A DNA stretch of 64,000 nt from Candidatus Omnitrophota bacterium. GTDB taxonomy: Bacteria > Omnitrophota > Gorgyraeia > Gygaellales > Profunditerraquicolaceae. Shown here piece by piece: positions 17,446-27,104 of this stretch. Position 1 is the stretch's first letter. Each line of letters begins with the position of its first letter. The stretch is taken from contig JBAZEH010000002.1 in the NCBI GenBank assembly GCA_041653955.1, forward strand, positions 24,380 through 88,379, given 5' to 3'. Under the pieces are notes generated by a model, which was given only the letters and a program-made list of their open reading frames with translations, was not told the origin of the DNA and searched no databases. The position numbers and the translations under genes are program-made.

Positions 17446-18572
17446 TGTTTGAACGGGCGATATCAGTATTGGTAAAAGAGTTTAAACAGATCTTCCGCGA
17501 TCCCAGGATGAAGACTATTATCTTTATCAGCCCCCTGATACAGATAATACTTTTTGGATACGCGGCGAATAAAGATATAACTTATGTCCCTGCGGCTGTC
17601 TATGACCGGGATAATACCGCGGAGAGCCGGGGGTTATTGCGCGATTTTACCTATTCCAAATATTTCGTCCCGGAGCATTATATATACAGCGACAGAGAGC
17701 AGGATGAGCTTTTGGATAAAGGCAGGGTCAGCGTCGTTATCCGTATTGACCGCGGTTTCGGAAGGGACCTGAAGGCGGGTAAAGATGCCTCGGTGCAGCT
17801 TGTTTTTGACGGGACTGATTCCAATACGGCAATGATCGTCATGGGGTATGCCAATACTATCGTCGGTAAATACCAGTATAAGTTAATGAAGGATAAGGCG
17901 GATGCGACCGGGAAGGTAAGCGCCGTGCCTGCGGTGGATTTGAGGGACCGGGCCTGGTTTAACGGCAACCTGATATCGCGTAACTATTATCTTCCGGGAG
18001 TCATCGCTACTATAGTCACTATGATGTCGCTGCTTTTGACGGCTATGGCAATAGTAAAAGAGAAAGAGATAGGCACTATGGAGCAGTTGATAGTGAGCCC
18101 GATAAGGCCGATAGAGCTTATCATAGGAAAACTTATGCCTTTTGGCGTGATCGCGCTTATCCAGATCACGCTTATCACCTTTTTAGGGGTGGTATGGTTC
18201 CGCGTCCCTTTAAAAGGAAACCTCCTTTTGCTGCTTTTTTCTACGTGCATATATTTATTTACCACCTTAGGGATAGGGCTCTTTATCTCTACCATCTCTT
18301 CGACCCAGCAGGAAGCGATGATGTCGGTATTCCTTTTTTATATGCCTACGATACTGTTGTCCGGATTCGCTTATCCCATAGCCAATATGCCCAAGGTTAT
18401 CCAGTATTTTACCTTTATTAACCCCTTGCGTTATTTCCTGGTGATCATCAGGGGGATATTCCTGAAGGGGGTAGGTATTGATATACTTTGGGTCCAGATG
18501 GTACCGTTGGCGTTCATGGGGATGCTCGTGATAACCTTAAGCGCGTTTAAGTTCCGAAGGAGCCTGGGATAG
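17445..18572 (+). CDS. ABC-2 family transporter permease (paralog)
   Basis: Same architecture. Homologous to the previous gene. Confidence 0.8.
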   Translation: MFERAISVLVKEFKQIFRDPRMKTIIFISPLIQIILFGYAANKDITYVPAAVYDRDNTAESRGLLRDFTYSKYFVPEHYIYSDREQDELLDKGRVSVVIRIDRGFGRDLKAGKDASVQLVFDGTDSNTAMIVMGYANTIVGKYQYKLMKDKADATGKVSAVPAVDLRDRAWFNGNLISRNYYLPGVIATIVTMMSLLLTAMAIVKEKEIGTMEQLIVSPIRPIELIIGKLMPFGVIALIQITLITFLGVVWFRVPLKGNLLLLLFSTCIYLFTTLGIGLFISTISSTQQEAMMSVFLFYMPTILLSGFAYPIANMPKVIQYFTFINPLRYFLVIIRGIFLKGVGIDILWVQMVPLAFMGMLVITLSAFKFRRSLG

Positions 18573-18588
18573 GAGCATTTTTTCATCA

Positions 18589-18617
18589 TTGACCTTGCCG
18601 TACAATAGCAGTAAAAT
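18589..18617 (+). promoter_or_regulatory. promoter TTGACC-17-TAAAAT (GCAG upstream of -10)
   Basis: TTGACC at 18589-18594, tagcagTAAAAT ends at 18617. Confidence 0.6.
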
Positions 18618-18657
18618 ATAAGAGTGCAGATCAAAGAAGGCTAAAAGGGAGGGATAT

Positions 18658-19053
18658 ATGAAGAGGGGGACCGCACGGGTCATTTTATTATCGGTTTTAT
18701 TCTGTTTGATCCTTTATCCGCTATATGCCCAGGAGGGGTGTCCCGTTAAAGGCGACCTCGCCGGCAGCCATGACGTGAATGATGATGGCGTAGCGGACGT
18801 GGTTTATTATGGCGACGGGAAATATATAACGAAAGCGGAAGCGGACACCAATTATGACGGCGCTTCGGATGTTGTGGTATATATGGAGGAAGGAAAATTC
18901 AAGTCAGCCGAGGCGGATACCGATTATGACGGCACGCACGATAAGAAATTCAACGATGCCGCGGAATTCAACAGCTGGCTGAACGCGAATAACCCGGACT
19001 TCAACGATAAGCTGAACAAGGATGACTGGCGGGTAGATATTCTTAAATTTTAG
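18658..19053 (+). CDS. secreted repeat protein with DxDxDG-type putative Ca-binding motifs
   Basis: Signal peptide. Repeats VNDDGVADVVYYGDG, DTNYDGASDVVVY and DTDYDGTHD. Confidence 0.6.
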   Translation: MKRGTARVILLSVLFCLILYPLYAQEGCPVKGDLAGSHDVNDDGVADVVYYGDGKYITKAEADTNYDGASDVVVYMEEGKFKSAEADTDYDGTHDKKFNDAAEFNSWLNANNPDFNDKLNKDDWRVDILKF

Positions 19054-19090
19054 GTTTTTTAATCAGGCGCGATAAGGGGCTTTGGGTGTA

Positions 19091-20221
19091 ATGCCGCAGG
19101 AAAAGATCAATTTTGATTATTCCGTACCGAATACTCTCCTTATCAAGATAAGCGGGGATTGGGTCATTTCATCGGAGCTCCCATCCGTAAACGAAATAGA
19201 AAAGGCCCTATCCGGGCGCGCAGGTATCACGCAATTATCGTTTGACCTTTCCGGTCTCACCAAATGGGACAGCGGGTTTGTTTCTTTTATCCTCCAGATA
19301 ATCAGGTATTCACAGAATAAAAATATCCATGTCTCCCGCGGGGGGCTCCCGCAGGGAGTAGAAAAGTTCCTCAAACTCGCCCTGAAAGCGAATGAGACGG
19401 AACCAATGCCTCCTCAAGCTGCGCGCCTTACTTTTCTGGCGATGGTCGGGGATAAGGCGATCAAGATAAGGGAGGGTGTGCTTTCCCTTCTTGATTTTTT
19501 GGGTGAGATAGCTTTTGCTTTTTGGAGATTCTTCAGGGGGAAGGCATATTTTTGCCGTGATGACTTTGTTTATATCGTGCAAAGGTGCGGCGTGGATGCC
19601 TTGCCTCTTGTTTCCCTGATAAGCATGCTGGTAGGGATTATCCTCGCGTTTGTGGGAGTTATACAACTTGAACTGTTCGGGGCGCAGATATTCATTGCCG
19701 ATATCGTGGGTATTGCCATGGTGCGCGTGATGGGGGCCGTGATGACAGGCATACTGCTTTCAGGCCGCACAGGAGCCTCTTTTGCTGCGGAATTGGGTAT
19801 TATGCAAACGAATGAAGAGGTAGACGCCTTAAGGACCCTGGGGGTCAACCCGGTTGAATACCTGGTTATGCCGCGTGTCCTGGCGTTGATCATCATGATG
19901 CCTCTTTTGACGATATATGCCGACCTTATGGGTATAATAGGAGGGTTTGCCGTAAGCACGGGCTTTTTGGGTATAAATCCGGTAGAATATTTAAACCACA
20001 CCAAGGATGCCGTGACCTTGAACAATTTATGGATAGGGATCACGCATGGCCTTGTGTTCGGGATTATTATTTCGGTAGCCGGGTGCCTGCGCGGCATCAG
20101 GTGCGGGAGGAGTGCCGCAGGGGTAGGAGAGGCGACCACTTCGGCGGTAGTATCCGCGATCACGGGTATTGTGATCGCGACAGCGATAATCACATTTATC
20201 TGTCAGGTATTAAGGGTATAG
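19091..20221 (+). CDS. mlaE: MlaE-family ABC permease with N-terminal STAS (MlaB-like) domain
   Basis: N-terminal ~110 aa are STAS-like. The C-terminus is the conserved MlaE permease core (5 TM). The track start is TTG at 19082; first ATG at 19091. Confidence 0.75.
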   Translation: MPQEKINFDYSVPNTLLIKISGDWVISSELPSVNEIEKALSGRAGITQLSFDLSGLTKWDSGFVSFILQIIRYSQNKNIHVSRGGLPQGVEKFLKLALKANETEPMPPQAARLTFLAMVGDKAIKIREGVLSLLDFLGEIAFAFWRFFRGKAYFCRDDFVYIVQRCGVDALPLVSLISMLVGIILAFVGVIQLELFGAQIFIADIVGIAMVRVMGAVMTGILLSGRTGASFAAELGIMQTNEEVDALRTLGVNPVEYLVMPRVLALIIMMPLLTIYADLMGIIGGFAVSTGFLGINPVEYLNHTKDAVTLNNLWIGITHGLVFGIIISVAGCLRGIRCGRSAAGVGEATTSAVVSAITGIVIATAIITFICQVLRV

Positions 20222-20224
20222 GAT

Positions 20225-20998
20225 ATGGCGCAGATCCCAGGGCCTATTATTGAAGTCCGCGATCTTAAACTGGCCTACGATAACTATGTCGTAATGCGCG
20301 GCCTGAACTTTAAGATTTTTAAAGGGAATATTTTTATTGTCATGGGAGGAAGCGGTTGCGGTAAGAGTACCCTGCTTAAGGCCCTTATCGGATTAAATGC
20401 CCCACAGAAAGGCAAGGTTTTATATAATGGCGCTGACTTCTGGGCCGCGGATGATGCGGGGCAGGAAGCGATCATGCGGCGTTTCGGGATCCTTTATCAG
20501 GGAGGGGCATTGTGGAGTTCGCTGACATTGGGTGAGAATGTGGCGCTTCCCTTACAGCTTTATTCAGGCCTCTCTGCGGGACAGATACGGGAGGTTGCGG
20601 CATTGAAACTTTCGCTGGTTGGCCTTGGAGGGTATGAAGAACTTTATCCTTCCGAGATAAGCGGAGGGATGCGTAAGAGGGCCGGCCTGGCGCGGGCGAT
20701 CGCGCTTGATCCGGATATAATATTTTTTGATGAACCTTCGGCTGGGCTTGACCCCGTGAATGCGCGGGCCCTTGATGACTTAATACTGGAGCTGCGCGAT
20801 ACGCTGGGGGCTACCATAGTAGTAGTCACGCACGAACTCGCCAGCATATTCGCGATAGGGGATAACTCCATATTCCTTGACGCGGAAACTAAAACAATGA
20901 TAGCGGAAGGCAACCCAAAAGAACTGTTAGCCAATTCAGATAACCCCAAGGTCATTCAGTTTTTAACCAGGGGAGAGAAGCAAGGAGCCGGAAAATGA
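20225..20998 (+). CDS. mlaF: MlaF-family ABC ATP-binding protein
   Basis: GGSGCGKSTL, ISGGMRKRAGLARAI, IFFDEPSAGLD. Confidence 0.85.
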   Translation: MAQIPGPIIEVRDLKLAYDNYVVMRGLNFKIFKGNIFIVMGGSGCGKSTLLKALIGLNAPQKGKVLYNGADFWAADDAGQEAIMRRFGILYQGGALWSSLTLGENVALPLQLYSGLSAGQIREVAALKLSLVGLGGYEELYPSEISGGMRKRAGLARAIALDPDIIFFDEPSAGLDPVNARALDDLILELRDTLGATIVVVTHELASIFAIGDNSIFLDAETKTMIAEGNPKELLANSDNPKVIQFLTRGEKQGAGK

Positions 20999-21699
20999 GC
21001 AAGAGAGCGAATAAGACCTCGATAGGCGTTTTTGTGGTGGGCGCGGTAGTTTTGCTGGTGATAGCCATACTGGTATTCGGTTCGGGGGACCTGTTCAAAC
21101 ATTCGGATAAATATGTCCTTTTTTTTGATGGTTCGGTAAAGGGGCTCTCCGAGGGCGCTCCGGTAATATTCCGGGGGGTTAAGATAGGCAATGTCAAGGA
21201 TATCAGCCTGCTTTATGACCCGGGCACAAAGAAGGTGTTGATACCCGTTATAGTGGATGTAGAGCTTTCGCGCGTAAAGGGTGCTCCGGAGAAGCGCGGT
21301 TACGCCGATTACAACATATTAGTAAAGCAGGGTTTAAGGGCTAAGCTGGAAATACAGAATTTTATAACCGGACAACTTATGTTATCCCTGGATTTTTATC
21401 CGGACAGGGAGGAGAAGGTGTACGGCCTTATCAAGGAGTACCCTGAGCTGCCGGCATTGCCGATATCCCCGGATATATTTGAGTTGATGAATGATATCCC
21501 CGTAAAAGAGATCTCTTCTAACCTGGAGAAGATGACTTCGGGGGTAAGCAAGCTGATAAATTCAGAGGGCTTTTACGGGCTCAAGACGCTTTTACAGGAG
21601 TTAACTATGACTGCGCGCTCCATAAGGTTCCTGACCGAATATCTTGAAGAGCATCCTGAAGCATTCTTAAAAGGAAAACCGAGAGCAAAAGGAGAGTAA
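20995..21699 (+). CDS. mlaD: MlaD-family MCE-domain protein
   Basis: N-terminal TM followed by an MCE domain. Confidence 0.75.
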   Translation: MSKRANKTSIGVFVVGAVVLLVIAILVFGSGDLFKHSDKYVLFFDGSVKGLSEGAPVIFRGVKIGNVKDISLLYDPGTKKVLIPVIVDVELSRVKGAPEKRGYADYNILVKQGLRAKLEIQNFITGQLMLSLDFYPDREEKVYGLIKEYPELPALPISPDIFELMNDIPVKEISSNLEKMTSGVSKLINSEGFYGLKTLLQELTMTARSIRFLTEYLEEHPEAFLKGKPRAKGE

Positions 21700-21700
21700 G

Positions 21701-22327
21701 ATGAGAAATATTATCTGCCTGTCCCTTATTTTATTTCTAAGCGGGTGTGTATCCATCCCGAACAGCCCCAAATCTAAATTTTACACGCTTAAAGCAGTGA
21801 GCCCGGATAATACCGGTGAGCAGATCAGCCTTTCGCCAGGGATGATACTGGGCGTGGGGCCGGTCACGGTACCCCAATACCTGAACCGTCCGCAGATGGT
21901 AACCCAGGATAAAGACGGTATGCTTAAATTCTCCGAGTTTGACCGTTGGGGAGAGCCATTGGAGCTGGCGTTGACGCGCCTGCTTGCTACCAACCTGTCA
22001 ACAATCGCAGCAGAAGGAAATATTGAGGTATATCCATGGAACCCGGTTATCCCGGTGAACTATCAGGTGTTCGCCGATATAGTAAGGATGGAGAGCCAAC
22101 TAAACGGTGATATGCTCCTGGTATTGCAGTGGTCTATTATTGATGCGCAGGCGAATAGGATGGTATTTACGAAAAGGTTTGAGTCCAGGAAACCGATCAG
22201 CCCCAATAACTATTCGGGGATGGTTGAGGTATTGAGCGCTTCATTTGCGTCTTTCAGCAGAGAGGTTGCAGAGGAAGTTTCTAAGCTCGCAGTGCAAACG
22301 AAAAAGGCAAACAATGACACAAACTAG
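21701..22327 (+). CDS. ABC-type transport auxiliary lipoprotein (PqiC/YmbA-like)
   Basis: Lipobox LSGCVS. DRWGEPLE region typical of the family. Confidence 0.65.
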   Translation: MRNIICLSLILFLSGCVSIPNSPKSKFYTLKAVSPDNTGEQISLSPGMILGVGPVTVPQYLNRPQMVTQDKDGMLKFSEFDRWGEPLELALTRLLATNLSTIAAEGNIEVYPWNPVIPVNYQVFADIVRMESQLNGDMLLVLQWSIIDAQANRMVFTKRFESRKPISPNNYSGMVEVLSASFASFSREVAEEVSKLAVQTKKANNDTN

Positions 22328-23228
22328 CGCGGAAATGAATAGGCGGCAGATATACGCAACAAGGGTCTCCATGTTTGGCGCGCTGGCGATCTTTTTTATT
22401 TCCGCAGGCGCGGGGCTTGCCTTAGACTCCATAACATTGCTGCTGGATGCCTCTGCCAGCCTGGTGATATTGGCCGTGGCATTTTTCATGCATACTTCCA
22501 TAAAGAAATTACAGTCTCCTCCTGACAGGTTCTTTAATTTTGGTTACGGAAAATACGAGCCTTTGACCCTTATAGCGCAAGGCGTATTGATAATTACTAC
22601 CTGCCTGATCAGCATAAAGTTCGCCCTGCAGGATATAATACACGCTGATAACGTAGAGGATTACGGGATAGCCGTAATAGCCACTTTCTTAGCAGGCATA
22701 ATAGGGATATTCGTCACCACGTATATTAAGCGCAGCGCCAGGCTCACTCATTCTCAGATACTGGATACCGCGGGGATGCACTGGCTTGCCGATACGCTTA
22801 TGTCTTTTGGGGTTTGCGCGGGGTTCGCCTTAGGGTTTATCCTGCAGGAGCTCGGTTATTACAGGATAACCCCTTATGTAGACCCGGTAATGGCTATAGT
22901 GCTCGCGCTTATCCTTATCCGGATGCCTATACGGATCATCATGCGTAATGGCCTTGAGCTTCTGGACGCCGTGCCTCCGGGAGATATTCATAAGAAAGTG
23001 GTTGAGGTAGCCCAGGGGCATAAACCGAAATCATTCGGTATCCATCGCCTCAGGACCAGGAAGGCGGGGGAGAGGGTGTTCGCGGATATATGTTTTATCG
23101 TAAAAGAGGACCTCACCGTAGCGCAGGTGCAGGAGTTGGCTGATAATTTTGAGCGCGACCTGAAGGAGCTTTTACCGGTTTCCGACGTGGTGGTATATTT
23201 CAAGCCGCGTCCGGGAGCCGGTAAATAG
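22314..23228 (+). CDS. cation diffusion facilitator (CDF) family transporter
   Basis: Six TM helices and a C-terminal cytoplasmic domain. Start at the ATG at 22314 (MTQTS...), overlapping the upstream stop. Confidence 0.7.
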   Translation: MTQTSAEMNRRQIYATRVSMFGALAIFFISAGAGLALDSITLLLDASASLVILAVAFFMHTSIKKLQSPPDRFFNFGYGKYEPLTLIAQGVLIITTCLISIKFALQDIIHADNVEDYGIAVIATFLAGIIGIFVTTYIKRSARLTHSQILDTAGMHWLADTLMSFGVCAGFALGFILQELGYYRITPYVDPVMAIVLALILIRMPIRIIMRNGLELLDAVPPGDIHKKVVEVAQGHKPKSFGIHRLRTRKAGERVFADICFIVKEDLTVAQVQELADNFERDLKELLPVSDVVVYFKPRPGAGK

Positions 23229-23242
23229 AAATATAAAAACAA

Positions 23243-23378
23243 TTGACGGACCGTTGTTTTGGGTGTATAAAAATACCAGGGAATAGATTTGGGTTTGGGA
23301 GCTAAAGAAGCTTCCAAAGGCTATTGGATGGTCGGGCCGCCATCTGTGATAATACAGGATGGCGGTCTTTTATTTTTT
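23243..23378 (+). ncRNA. candidate small RNA / leader: promoter TTGACG-17-TATAAA followed ~65 nt later by a strong intrinsic terminator
   Basis: TTGACG at 23243-23248 and TATAAA at 23266-23271. Terminator stem ccgccatc..gatggcgg at 23337-23365 plus tcttttatttttt. Confidence 0.3.
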
Positions 23379-23401
23379 AGTACAGAAAAAAGGAGGCGCT
23401 T

Positions 23402-24400
23402 ATGTCCTTTGATAATGTCCCCAGCCCCGATGAGATAATTGACGTAGGTAAAAAGAAGTTAGGCGATGCCTGGAAATATATCCCCTGGTTTATAGGTATA
23501 TTTCTGCTTTTAGGGGCCGCCAGGGGCATGATATATTCTATAGGCCCGGATGAGGTCGGCGTGATACAGCGTTTCGGCAAGTATGCGGGGTTAAGTTCTC
23601 CCGGGCTGCACGCCAAGATACCTTTCGGCATAGATAAGGTAACCCCTATAAAAGTAGAGAAGGTCTTTAAGGAGGAATTCGGCTTTAAGACCATGCAGGC
23701 GGGAGTAAGGAGCAGGTATGGCCGGGGGGATTATCTTGATGAATCCCTGATGCTTACGGGAGACCTGAATATACTGGATGTGCGCTGGATAGTGCAGTTT
23801 CGGATAAAGGATGCAGTAAAATTGATGTTTGCCACGCGTAACCCCCTCAATAATATCCGCGATATATCGGAAGTGGTTATGCGGCGTTTTGTGGGGGATT
23901 ATTCCGTGGATGAAGTATTGACCGTAAAAAGAGAGGAGATAGATGACCTCTCTCAGCAGGAGATACAGAGGATACTGGACAGCTATAATGTGGGGGTCCA
24001 GATAGTTACCGTTAAGCTGCTGGATGTAAACCCGGCGGAGAAGGTAAAGCCGGCATTCAACGAAGTCAATGAGGCCAAGCAGGAGAAGGAGAAGATGATC
24101 AACCAGGCCTGGGAGGCATATAATAAAGTGATCCCCAAGGCCCGCGGCACCGCGGAAAAGACTATCCGCGAAGCGGAAGGCTATGCCATTGATAAGGTGA
24201 ACCGCGCGAAAGGGGAATCCGAGCGTTTCCTTGCCACGCTGAAGGAGTATAAAAAGGCGCCGGAGATAACAAAAAAAAGGATGTATCTGGAGACTATGGC
24301 GGAGGTCCTGCCTGAAGCAAGGGAGAAATATATTATCGATAAAGAGCAGGGCTCTATCCTGCCTCTTTTGGATATAAATAAGAAGGGGGGTGAGCGCTGA
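23402..24400 (+). CDS. hflK: FtsH protease modulator HflK (SPFH/band-7)
   Basis: N-terminal TM, SPFH domain, pairing with the hflC gene that follows. Confidence 0.85.
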   Translation: MSFDNVPSPDEIIDVGKKKLGDAWKYIPWFIGIFLLLGAARGMIYSIGPDEVGVIQRFGKYAGLSSPGLHAKIPFGIDKVTPIKVEKVFKEEFGFKTMQAGVRSRYGRGDYLDESLMLTGDLNILDVRWIVQFRIKDAVKLMFATRNPLNNIRDISEVVMRRFVGDYSVDEVLTVKREEIDDLSQQEIQRILDSYNVGVQIVTVKLLDVNPAEKVKPAFNEVNEAKQEKEKMINQAWEAYNKVIPKARGTAEKTIREAEGYAIDKVNRAKGESERFLATLKEYKKAPEITKKRMYLETMAEVLPEAREKYIIDKEQGSILPLLDINKKGGER

Positions 24401-25362
24401 TGAAGAACGGGGCATTCGGGACTATTTTAGGGGTTATTATTGCGATAGCAGCCGTTGTTTTTCTCGCTTTTATCACCGGGGCGGTATATATCGTGAATGA
24501 AACACAGCAGGTTGTGATCACCCAGTTCGGCAAGCCTGTAGGAGAGCCCGTTACTTCGGCGGGCCTGCATTTCAAGACCCCGTTGATCCAGCAGGCGCAT
24601 TATTTTGAGAAGAGGTTATTGGATTGGGACGGGGACCCGAACCAGATACCGACCAAGGATAAAAAATATATCTGGGTGGATACGATCGCGCGCTGGACAA
24701 TAGTGGACGCGCTTAAGTTTCTGCAGTCGGTAGGCAATGAGATGGGCGTCCAGGGAAGGTTAGACGATATAATAAATTCCGCGACCAGAGACGCGGTCAC
24801 CAGCCATCTTCTGGTTGAAGCGGTCCGTAATTCAAACCGTATCCTTGAATCTGGCTCGGAGGGCGGCGAAGACGTGATCGTTACGGATGAGGCGCTGGAG
24901 CGTATCGGGGTGGGAAGGCAGATGCTGGAAAGTTTTATTCTTGAGAAGTCTAATGTGCTCGCGCCGCAATACGGCATAGAGATCAGGGACGTGCGCATAA
25001 AGAGGATAAATTACGTGGAGGACGTGCGTAATAAGGTATATGACCGCATGATCGCCGAAAGGAAACGCGCGGCGGAAAAATACCGCTCTGAAGGCCAGGG
25101 GAAGTCCGCTGAGATAGAAGGCCAGGTAGCCAAGGAGTTAAAAGAGATCACTTCGGAGGCGTACCGCCAGGCGCAGGTGATCACTGGCAAGGCAGATGCC
25201 GAGGCAGTTTCTATTTACGCTAATGCGTATAACCAGGACGAACAGTTTTATTCTTTCCTGAAAACCCTGGAGACCTATAAGGAAACGATTGATGATAAGT
25301 CAACCGTGATACTGACTACGGACAGCGATTATTATAGATACCTGAAGTCGCTGGATAAGTGA
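24400..25362 (+). CDS. hflC: FtsH protease modulator HflC
   Basis: SPFH domain, coupled to hflK (ATGA overlap). Confidence 0.85.
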   Translation: MKNGAFGTILGVIIAIAAVVFLAFITGAVYIVNETQQVVITQFGKPVGEPVTSAGLHFKTPLIQQAHYFEKRLLDWDGDPNQIPTKDKKYIWVDTIARWTIVDALKFLQSVGNEMGVQGRLDDIINSATRDAVTSHLLVEAVRNSNRILESGSEGGEDVIVTDEALERIGVGRQMLESFILEKSNVLAPQYGIEIRDVRIKRINYVEDVRNKVYDRMIAERKRAAEKYRSEGQGKSAEIEGQVAKELKEITSEAYRQAQVITGKADAEAVSIYANAYNQDEQFYSFLKTLETYKETIDDKSTVILTTDSDYYRYLKSLDK

Positions 25363-25410
25363 GTTGCCGGCAAGGCAATAGATAGCAGTTAACCATATAA
25401 TTTATTAATA

Positions 25411-25453
25411 TAGGGCTCTCTTCATTATGAGGAGGGCCCTATTTGCATTTTTT
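25411..25453 (+). terminator. rho-independent terminator after hflC
   Basis: tagggctctc..gagggcccta followed by tttgcatttttt. Confidence 0.6.
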
Positions 25454-25490
25454 AATACTACGCAAGCAGGCCATATCGCGGAGATAGCGC

Positions 25491-25519
25491 TTGCCATAAT
25501 ATGCCGGCAGCAGTATAAT
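25491..25519 (+). promoter_or_regulatory. promoter TTGCCA-17-TATAAT (gcagcag upstream of -10)
   Basis: TTGCCA at 25491-25496, ggcagcagTATAAT ends at 25519. Confidence 0.6.
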
Positions 25520-25547
25520 TCTATCTTGGGAAAAAGGAGGGGGCCCG

Positions 25548-25952
25548 ATGGATAAGCTTTACCAGGATACGGAGAAAAGGCAGACCGAACGCATAGATGT
25601 AAACTTCGTGGTGATATATAATGTTAATTCACCTCTATCGGTGCGGATGATGGTGGGGAACCAGGAGGTCGTGGCAATAGCCGTAAATCTTTCCGAAGGC
25701 GGTATAGCCATATCCACGAACTATGAACTTCCGGTCTCAACCCTCGTAAAAATAAGATTCATACTTTTGAATGAAAAATCCCCTGTTATCTCGGAGCGCA
25801 TGAAATCAATAGAAGTTACCGGGGATGTGCGCCATAGTTTTCTTAACCAGAAGAATGTTTATCAGATAGGGATCTCTTTTATTGATTTAGCCGATTCCGA
25901 ACGCCAGTTTATCGCCGGTTTTATTAAATTAGAGAAGCGCTCGCGGCAATAG
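25548..25952 (+). CDS. PilZ-domain (c-di-GMP binding) protein
   Basis: RQTERID (RxxxR) and NLSEGG (D/NxSxGG) motifs. Confidence 0.8.
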   Translation: MDKLYQDTEKRQTERIDVNFVVIYNVNSPLSVRMMVGNQEVVAIAVNLSEGGIAISTNYELPVSTLVKIRFILLNEKSPVISERMKSIEVTGDVRHSFLNQKNVYQIGISFIDLADSERQFIAGFIKLEKRSRQ

Positions 25953-26963
25953 ATGGAAAAGGTAAGATACGAAGTAGACCCGCATAACCGGTTAGTCAGT
26001 TTTAAAGCCGGAAAAGGCGCTACGCCCTCTTTGTTCAGGCAGGTCCTGGACGGAGAATTCAAACCCGGTAAGAATAATAACTTAACTTACCATATCAAAG
26101 CCCCCCTTAACTACGGTATCAAAACCCCATATCAGGTAAGGTTAAAAGGCATCTGGTCGCTGGATAAGGACCATAACCTGGTTTTTACGCTTGATGGATC
26201 AGGGAGGCAGGCTTCAGGGGAGCGACTGATCATCCGCGCGGATATGATAAGCGCGGAAAAGAATTCCCTTTTATTCGCGGTTACTACCATGAGGAATGGC
26301 CCTGTTCCGTCAGCGTATATCCTTAAGCTTGAGGGCGCCTGGCAGGCGGATGAGCGTAATCGTATTATCTTCAAAGCAGAGAGGGAGAACAATAGAAGCG
26401 ATATCCTCACCTTTGACGGGATATGGGAGATAGATAAACGGTATCAGATATCTTATAAATATGAGAAGAAGAACCTCGCGCGCAAGACAAAGCGCGCCCA
26501 TACTATTTCTTTTAAAGGTTCATGGAGCATAAAAGATAAAGCGAAGATAGCCTATATTATGGATATGGCTACCGGTTCGGTGATGAATTTCAAGGCAAGT
26601 GCCGGTATATTCAGGGGTAATTATATAAAATATGAGGTGGGCATAGGGCGGTTGCGTAAAGGAAGGCCGGCGAGAAGGGCGATAGTGCTTTTTGGGAGCT
26701 GGAAGATAAAGAAGGGCGCCGGGCTGGTCTTTGAGGTAGAGCGCGGCAGGAGGGGGATCCAGGATATTTCATTCGGGGCCGAGGTCCGCGTTACGCCCAG
26801 GGATACGCTTTTATTCCGCCTTAAAGACGGGGCAAACAGGAAGCTGGGAGCGGAGTTGGAACTGACGCGCAGGATCAGCGGGCTGGACGGGGAATCATAT
26901 ATACGCATGCTTAAATCAGGCAGAGAATATTCAATGTTGGCAGGCGCGGGATTGAGGTGGTAA
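25953..26963 (+). CDS. hypothetical protein with five internal repeats, translationally coupled to the PilZ gene
   Basis: Repeats LKGIWSLDKDHNLVFTL, LEGAWQADERNRIIFKA, FDGIWEIDKRYQISYKY, FKGSWSIKDKAKIAYIM and LFGSWKIKKGAGLVFEV. The PilZ stop is immediately followed by this ATG. Confidence 0.6.
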   Translation: MEKVRYEVDPHNRLVSFKAGKGATPSLFRQVLDGEFKPGKNNNLTYHIKAPLNYGIKTPYQVRLKGIWSLDKDHNLVFTLDGSGRQASGERLIIRADMISAEKNSLLFAVTTMRNGPVPSAYILKLEGAWQADERNRIIFKAERENNRSDILTFDGIWEIDKRYQISYKYEKKNLARKTKRAHTISFKGSWSIKDKAKIAYIMDMATGSVMNFKASAGIFRGNYIKYEVGIGRLRKGRPARRAIVLFGSWKIKKGAGLVFEVERGRRGIQDISFGAEVRVTPRDTLLFRLKDGANRKLGAELELTRRISGLDGESYIRMLKSGREYSMLAGAGLRW

Positions 26964-26969
26964 AATATT

Positions 26970-27104
26970 ATGGCAGAGTGGCGTCCGGCAATAGAATGCC
27001 CTAAATGCGGCAGCGCTGATACGCGTTTCATAGAGCCTCATTACGAGATGTCGGTATACGAGTGTAATATATGCGGTTGCCGCTTTGAAACAGAGGATGA
27101 TTGA
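26970..27104 (+). CDS. small zinc-ribbon protein (44 aa)
   Basis: Translation [44 protein letters not shown] with CxxC..CxxC. Below the ORF-track cutoff. Overlaps the msrBA start region. Confidence 0.45.
   Translation: MAEWRPAIECPKCGSADTRFIEPHYEMSVYECNICGCRFETEDD

Noticed and set aside
19570-20193. 207-aa minus-strand ORF
   Set aside because: Antisense shadow of the MlaE permease.
23591-24415. 274-aa minus-strand ORF
   Set aside because: Antisense shadow of hflK. The sense strand has a clear SPFH domain.
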